DNA from: Candidatus Aminicenantes bacterium
Lineage (GTDB): Bacteria > Acidobacteriota > Aminicenantia > Aminicenantales > JAFGBC01
DNA: 64,000 bases
NCBI GenBank assembly: GCA_963702005.1
Contig: OY969696.1
Location: 2,272,001 to 2,336,000 of the forward strand
Reading direction: 5' to 3'
The notes beneath the pieces were generated by a model. That model was given only the letters and a program-made list of their open reading frames with translations, was not told where the DNA came from and did no database searches. Of this stretch, positions 58,432-64,000 are shown piece after piece. The translations under genes were made by a program, and so were the position numbers. The stretch's first letter is position 1. Each line of letters starts with the position of its first letter.

Positions 58432-59535
58432 TTAGGCCTTGAGGTCCTGGAAGAAGTCCATGCAGGTCAGGATGCTCGTCGTCTCGTAGCGGATTTTCTC
58501 CCATTCTCCCAGCTCGAGCGAAGAGAAGGCGTCCACGATGACCGGGTCGAACTGACTGCCGCAGGCCTTCTGGATCTCCCGCCGGGCGGCCTTGAAGTCG
58601 CGGGGCTTACGGTAGGGCCGGTGGGAGGTGATGGCGTCCAAGGCATCGGCCAGGGCGAATATTCGGGCCTCGAGCGGGATGATGTCTTTCTTGAGGCCGC
58701 TCGGATAGCCTCCGCCGTCATAACGCTCGTGATGGTGGAGGATGATGTTTCCGATTTCCTGGACGAGCTTGATCTCCCGGATCAATCCGAAGCCCAGGGC
58801 CGGGTGGAGGCGGATCTTCTCCCATTCGTCGCCGTTGAGCGAACCGGGCTTTTTAAGGATGATGTCGGGGATGGCGATCTTGCCGATGTCGTGGAGGAGG
58901 GCGCCTTTTCGGATGTGGTCGAGGGCCATCTTGTCCTGGATGCCGAGGATTCCGGCCAGGACTTGGCTGTATTTGGCGACCGTCTGGGAATGGCCGAAGG
59001 TCTCGACGTCCCGGAGGTCGAGGGCCGTCATCAGATTCTCGATGGTCGTGTCGTAGACCTCCTCGAGTTCGATGGCTTTATGCAGGTTCCGGGATTCCTC
59101 GGCCTTGAGCTTGCGGAGGCGCTTTTTGAGGTCTTCGAGCTTCTCCTGGAGCTCCCTTTTCTGAAGGACGGCCAGCGCGGCGGAGACGATGTGGAGATCG
59201 TTGTCGGGGCAGGCCACGGCGTCGATGACGCCCTCCCTGAAGAGACGGAGGGCGAGCGGATTGTCGCTCTTCTCGGCGAGGAGGAGGACGTTCAAACGGG
59301 AATAGGACCTCCTGAGGGCCTGGACCGTCCGAAGCCTATCGTTGCTGAACAGCTGGACGTCGGCGACCAGGAGGTCGAGACCGTCCCGCAAGTAGGGGTC
59401 GAGCTTGAGGGCGGGGAAAGCGGAAAGGGCGTGGACCTCTGCTCCGAGACGGCTGAGCGTTCGGGCCAGCGTTTGCCTTCGCTCGGGATCCCGCTCGACG
59501 ACCAGGAACTTCTTGGGGCTCAGTGGAGCTTCCAT
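58432..59535 (-). CDS. HD-GYP phosphodiesterase with a degenerate receiver-like N-domain
   Basis: LLHDIGKI, HHERYDGGGYP, ADALDAIT, GSQFDP. Confidence 0.88.
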   Translation of the reverse strand: MEAPLSPKKFLVVERDPERRQTLARTLSRLGAEVHALSAFPALKLDPYLRDGLDLLVADVQLFSNDRLRTVQALRRSYSRLNVLLLAEKSDNPLALRLFREGVIDAVACPDNDLHIVSAALAVLQKRELQEKLEDLKKRLRKLKAEESRNLHKAIELEEVYDTTIENLMTALDLRDVETFGHSQTVAKYSQVLAGILGIQDKMALDHIRKGALLHDIGKIAIPDIILKKPGSLNGDEWEKIRLHPALGFGLIREIKLVQEIGNIILHHHERYDGGGYPSGLKKDIIPLEARIFALADALDAITSHRPYRKPRDFKAARREIQKACGSQFDPVIVDAFSSLELGEWEKIRYETTSILTCMDFFQDLKA

Positions 59536-59776
59536 CCCGTCTTTTATACCGTTTTTATCCGAGATTTTCAAGGTGTTCCTTCCCGGGAAGGGGAACGGCC
59601 GGACGGGCGATTAGTCGTTATGGGTGAGGAAAGAGGCCTAAAAATCCCCCCGGCTATCGTCGGGAAAGGCGATTGTGCCCCCAGGGCTTCTGTCGGATAG
59701 TAGAAACGGATTCTGCGGGCTTTTTGGTTTGACTCCCCAAGGGGGGAGGTATCTGAAATCTGGGGAGAATTTGTCG

Positions 59777-61072
59777 ATGGCCGATGAGAAAGGACGGTAC
59801 AGGGATCCGACGGCCGTCCTCAAGGAAATCGAGGAAGAAATCGAGCGGCTCAAGTCCGGCCGCAAAGAACAGATCGAGAAAAAGCTCCAGGAGAAAATTC
59901 TCCGCGAACGGAAGGAAGCCGCCGACGAAATCTCCCGGGTCGACAAGGAATACGAGCGAGACCGGGAGGGATTCGTCAAGTATGAGACCGTCATCGCCGA
60001 TTACGATAAGGCCCGGGCCGAGCTCCAGGGGCGGATCCAGGAACATCTGAAAAGGGTCGAGCAGTGCCGGGCCGAAGTCGCCAAGTCGGCCCTGGCCGCC
60101 GCGACCAGCCTTCGCGAGGTCGACCGTCAAAACAAGAAGTACCGCGACCTCCGCCAGGCCGTCGAGGAGAGGGTGGCCCTTCTCAAGAAAGGCATCGGCG
60201 AAAAATTCAACATCAACGTCCAGCTTCCGGGGCGTCAGGATTCGGATGAAATCAAGCTCGACATCGAGCGGGAGATCGTCTGGTTCGATCGAGTCATCAA
60301 TGATCTGGAAGGGAAATTTAGTGTCCACGCGGAGGTGAAACCCGGGGCGAGGCCCGAGCCGAGACCGGAACTCAGGCCGGAGCCAAAGCCCGAGCCGAGA
60401 CCCGAGTCAAGGCCGGTGGTCAAGCCGGCGTCTCCCGCCGCTCCCGTCGTTCAGTTCCCCGAGCTTCAAGATCTCATCGACGCCCCCCCGCTCAAGAAAA
60501 GCGAACCGGCCCGGAACGACGTCAAGAAGCCTGCACCCGCCCCTCCGCCCGCCGCAGCGCCCGATAAGGCGGCCAAAACTGCCAAGGCCGTCCATGATGC
60601 CTTGAAGCAATACATGAGGTTTGATCCGACCGACCACGCCGGAGAGATGCGTTATTTCCAGAAGGACGACAAGGTCATTTTGGACGGCGAATTCATCGTT
60701 GCGTCCATCAACGACAGTCTCGAGGCGACCCGCGTCCTCTACGAGAGGATCGGTCAGACGAAGGCCTCCAAGGACCAGTTCTTCCTCAAGCAGGAGATCG
60801 TCAACCGTCAGGAAGCCCTGCGCAAGGTCATCCTGCGCGGCGTCCGGATGTGCGAAAACGAGGACTGCCAGCTTCCGGCTTTTACCCTCGATATCATGAA
60901 CGTGGCCATCCTCAAAAATATCCTGGAGATGCTCAACGTCGGGAACTGGAGCACCGAGGAGGACTTTCGCTATTTCGTCCGCTACGCCGACCGGGTCAAG
61001 GCCGCCTTCTCCACCCGGATCACGCCGGCCGCCATCTACTTCGCCGCCGTCCTCTCCGAGCTCGAGTCGTAG
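59777..61072 (+). CDS. Hypothetical coiled-coil protein with Pro-rich linker
   Basis: E/K/R-rich N-terminus, (R/K)PEP tandem repeats ~60350-60415, globular C-domain. Confidence 0.7.
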   Translation: MADEKGRYRDPTAVLKEIEEEIERLKSGRKEQIEKKLQEKILRERKEAADEISRVDKEYERDREGFVKYETVIADYDKARAELQGRIQEHLKRVEQCRAEVAKSALAAATSLREVDRQNKKYRDLRQAVEERVALLKKGIGEKFNINVQLPGRQDSDEIKLDIEREIVWFDRVINDLEGKFSVHAEVKPGARPEPRPELRPEPKPEPRPESRPVVKPASPAAPVVQFPELQDLIDAPPLKKSEPARNDVKKPAPAPPPAAAPDKAAKTAKAVHDALKQYMRFDPTDHAGEMRYFQKDDKVILDGEFIVASINDSLEATRVLYERIGQTKASKDQFFLKQEIVNRQEALRKVILRGVRMCENEDCQLPAFTLDIMNVAILKNILEMLNVGNWSTEEDFRYFVRYADRVKAAFSTRITPAAIYFAAVLSELES

Positions 61073-61198
61073 GGGATAGGGTCGCTTCGGCCTTTTCGGC
61101 CGCATCCCAATTTATAGGTTTTTTAAATGATAATTTTGATATTGTCTTGGGAGCTGTGATATATTTTTTGTTCAGCTAATAAACATGAGGAGGACCCG

Positions 61199-62878
61199 AT
61201 GATCAGCGCGGAGACATCGATATACAAGCCGGTCCGGGCGCCGCGCGGGACAAAGCTCCATACCAAGGGCTGGTCCCAAGAGGGCGCGCTCCGGATGCTT
61301 ATGAACAACCTCGACCCCGACGTCGCCGAAAAGCCCCAGGAGCTCATCGTCTACGGCGGGACCGGGAAGGCCGCCCGTAACTGGGAGTGCTTCCGGGCCC
61401 TCGTCGCCTCCCTAAAAAAGCTGGAGAACGACGAAACCTTGATCGTCCAATCCGGAAAGCCGGTCGCCGTCTTCAAGACCCACGACGAGGCGCCCCGGGT
61501 TCTGATCGCGAACGCCCTGATCGTCCCCCAATGGGCGACCTGGGACGAGTTCCGCCGCTTGGAAGCGAAGGGATTGACCATGTACGGCCAGATGACGGCC
61601 GGAAGCTGGATCTACATCGGGACTCAAGGGATTCTCCAGGGGACCTTTGAAACCCTGGCCGCCGTGGCCCGCCGGCATTTCGGCGGGACCCTCAAGGGGA
61701 CGCTGACGCTCACGGCCGGCCTGGGCGGCATGGGCGGGGCCCAACCCCTGGCCGTGACCATGAACGACGGCGTCGCCATCGTTGTCGAGGTCGACCGGGA
61801 CCGGATCCGGCGGCGGCTCGAAACCCGCTATCTGGACACCATGGTCGAGAATCTCGACGAGGCGCTGAAGCTCGCCTTCGACGCTAAAAAAAAGGGGGAG
61901 GCCCTGTCCATCGCTCTTCTCGGCAACGCGGCCGACGTCCTGCCCGAGTTCGTCAAGCGGGGAATCACGCCGGACGTCCTCACCGACCAGACCTCGGCCC
62001 ATGACGAGCTCAACGGTTATGTGCCGCACGGGATTCCCTACCAGGAAGCCCTCCGCCTGCGCGCGGCCGATCCCAAGGATTACATCCGACGGGCGTACCA
62101 ATCTATGGGTCTTCACCTCCAGGCCATGATCGAGCTCCAGAAGCGGGGAGCCAAGTCTTTTGACTACGGTAACAACCTCCGCGGTCAAGCCCGGAAGGCC
62201 GGGGTTGAAAATGCCTTCGACATCCCGGGCTTCGTGCCGGAATACATCCGGCCCTTGTTTTGCCTGGGGAAAGGGCCGTTCCGCTGGGCGGCCCTGTCGG
62301 GGAAGCCGCAGGATATCTACGCGACCGACGAGGCCGTCCTCAAGGAATTTCCCGAGGATGAGGCCCTGGAGCGCTGGATCCGCAAGGCGCGGAAGCAGGT
62401 CAAGTTCCAGGGACTGCCGGCCCGGATTTGCTGGCTGGGCTACGGCGAGAGGGCCCGCTTCGGCGATGTCATCAACCGTCTCGTCAAACGGGGCAAGGTC
62501 GGGGCGCCGATCGTCATCGGCCGGGACCATCTCGACACGGGATCGGTCGCCTCGCCCAACCGAGAGACGGAGGGCATGAGGGACGGCTCGGATGCCATCG
62601 CCGATTGGCCCATCCTGAATGCGCTCTTGAACGCGGTCAGCGGCGCCTCCTGGGTGTCCGTCCATCATGGAGGAGGGGTCGGGATCGGCCTCTCCATCCA
62701 TGCCGGCATGGTCATCGTTGCCGACGGGACCGCCTCGGCCGCGCGGCGCCTGGCCCGGGTCCTGACCGTGGATCCCGGCCTGGGGGTCGCCCGCCATGCC
62801 GACGCGGGCTACGAGGACGCCGTGCTCTGCGCGAAGAAAAATAAAATAAGGCTGCCGCTGGCGTTGAAACGCGGCTGA
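61199..62878 (+). CDS. hutU: Urocanate hydratase
   Basis: [47 protein letters not shown]. Confidence 0.97.
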   Translation: MISAETSIYKPVRAPRGTKLHTKGWSQEGALRMLMNNLDPDVAEKPQELIVYGGTGKAARNWECFRALVASLKKLENDETLIVQSGKPVAVFKTHDEAPRVLIANALIVPQWATWDEFRRLEAKGLTMYGQMTAGSWIYIGTQGILQGTFETLAAVARRHFGGTLKGTLTLTAGLGGMGGAQPLAVTMNDGVAIVVEVDRDRIRRRLETRYLDTMVENLDEALKLAFDAKKKGEALSIALLGNAADVLPEFVKRGITPDVLTDQTSAHDELNGYVPHGIPYQEALRLRAADPKDYIRRAYQSMGLHLQAMIELQKRGAKSFDYGNNLRGQARKAGVENAFDIPGFVPEYIRPLFCLGKGPFRWAALSGKPQDIYATDEAVLKEFPEDEALERWIRKARKQVKFQGLPARICWLGYGERARFGDVINRLVKRGKVGAPIVIGRDHLDTGSVASPNRETEGMRDGSDAIADWPILNALLNAVSGASWVSVHHGGGVGIGLSIHAGMVIVADGTASAARRLARVLTVDPGLGVARHADAGYEDAVLCAKKNKIRLPLALKRG

Positions 62879-62891
62879 GCGGCCGCCTCAA

Positions 62892-62945
62892 AGTGTGACA
62901 TCAGCGTGTCATAGTGTGACATGCGGATGGATTTAATTCCATCCG
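62892..62945. promoter_or_regulatory. Candidate regulator site: AGTGTGACAT direct repeats with 21-bp period plus an adjacent palindrome
   Basis: 62892-62901 and 62913-62922; CGGATGGA/TCCATCCG 62924-62945. Confidence 0.4.
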
Positions 62946-63121
62946 TGGGAAGGAGTTAGAGAGGGGGGTCTCAAAGCGTGACCGTGTCCGCCCAAAACAG
63001 GGCCGCCGCGGGAGCCGGAATCCCTCCTGGATTTTCCCTGATCGCGGCGGAAAATGAGAAGGCGAAGGTGCGGTCCGGCGCTGGCACGGAGCTTGCTATA
63101 CAAAGGGCGAAAGGAGGTCCG

Positions 63122-63346
63122 ATGAAAAGGACAGTTTTTCTCGTTCTCGTGCTTCTCGTGTTGTTCTCCGCCGCGCTGTTCTTCCCGCGGCAGGCCGCCG
63201 GCGCCGTCAGCGTGGATGATTGTTACAACAATCATTCGCGTTGTCGGCAGCTGGCTTTAGGCTCTGATGTGGGTTGGATCAAGACAACGCTCATGCTGAC
63301 GGCCTGCGACCTGGGTTTCGGGGTCTGCCTCTACCACGCGAACTAG
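63122..63346 (+). CDS. Small secreted cysteine-rich peptide (74 aa)
   Basis: RBS AAGGAGG, Sec signal peptide, mature region with CX6C-X20-CX6C. Confidence 0.75.
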   Translation: MKRTVFLVLVLLVLFSAALFFPRQAAGAVSVDDCYNNHSRCRQLALGSDVGWIKTTLMLTACDLGFGVCLYHAN

Positions 63347-63370
63347 AGGATTTGGCGCGAGAGAACGAAA

Positions 63371-63399
63371 GGGGCCCTCCGTCTTCGACGGAGGGCCCC
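63371..63399. terminator. Strong GC hairpin after the peptide gene (attenuator or stabiliser)
   Basis: GGGGCCCTCCGTC-TTC-GACGGAGGGCCCC; no + strand U-tract. Confidence 0.6.
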
Positions 63400-63438
63400 G
63401 ACTCAACCCGACTCAAAGGGAGGGGGGAGGTTGGTGGC

Positions 63439-64000
63439 ATGCGGAAGACGCTGACGTTTTTAGCGGCTCTTTTAATCATCCTGACGGGGGGAATCCGGGG
63501 AGCGGCCCAGGAGCGTTCCGGCCGGATTCTGAAGACCGTCAAGGATCACAAGGCCGATTTCGAGAGCGACGATTGCGCGATTTTTTCGACGCCCGTGGCC
63601 TTATCGGTCTGGGGGGACGCCCTTTATGTCGTGGACGCTCAGGACTGCGCCGTCAAGGTCTTTTCAAGGATGGGGCGGCATGTCAAGGATATCGGCCGGC
63701 AGGGGAAGGGACCGGGGGAGTTCGATCATCCCTCATCTCTCGCCAGGCTCGGTGAGAAAATTTATATCGCGGACGCGTTCAATAATAGGGTGCATATTCT
63801 GGACCCGGATGGCCGCCCTCTGGGAGGTTTTAAGCTGGCCGAATCTCCGAATCAACTTATCGTTCTCGGGGAGGGCCGGATCGTCGTCTCGCATCATCCC
63901 GGCCTGCCGCCCAGACCGGAGAAGCTTGTGCGCTGCTACGATGAAAAGGGAAAGCTCCTCTGGGAAGCCTTGGACGCCCTCATGTCTTCGGACGCGATCT
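63439..64000 (+). CDS. Secreted NHL/6-bladed beta-propeller protein, 3'-truncated
   Basis: Own translation from ATG 63439: signal peptide, IGRQGKGPGEFDHP, IYIADAFNNRVHILDPDG. Confidence 0.8.
   Translation, partial: MRKTLTFLAALLIILTGGIRGAAQERSGRILKTVKDHKADFESDDCAIFSTPVALSVWGDALYVVDAQDCAVKVFSRMGRHVKDIGRQGKGPGEFDHPSSLARLGEKIYIADAFNNRVHILDPDGRPLGGFKLAESPNQLIVLGEGRIVVSHHPGLPPRPEKLVRCYDEKGKLLWEALDALMSSDAI

Noticed and set aside
1-64000. tRNA, rRNA, prophage or integrase genes
   Set aside because: No recognisable signatures found by eye

Overview
This is a high-GC bacterial chromosomal segment; the gene content resembles Acidobacteriota/Ca. Aminicenantes, which is an inference. Housekeeping and anaerobic-metabolism genes include a YfhL-type ferredoxin, hypF, queH, fabH, a MacAB-like ABC exporter, a four-subunit 2-oxoacid:ferredoxin oxidoreductase, thiC, rsmD, rpmE-prfA-prmC and hutU. 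A ~25 kb Wzy-type surface polysaccharide locus (~28.5-53 kb) has an AT-rich variable front end and a JUMPstart/ops-like leader. The most striking signal is a HUH (Y1/RAYT-like) tyrosine transposase gene enclosed by perfect 28-bp terminal inverted repeats (54401-55206). The same arm recurs at five other intergenic sites, as four gene-less inverted pairs with unrelated spacers and one solo arm. Two further related inverted-repeat families (B, C; shared core GGNGWCANAC) nest with it and often supply or abut stop codons. Other notable items are a DnaA-box cluster, a frameshifted DUF362 gene, a soluble S26-like peptidase coupled to an ABC exporter, and a secreted CX6C-X20-CX6C peptide gene upstream of a beta-propeller gene. 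All calls come from reading the sequence; no database searches were run.
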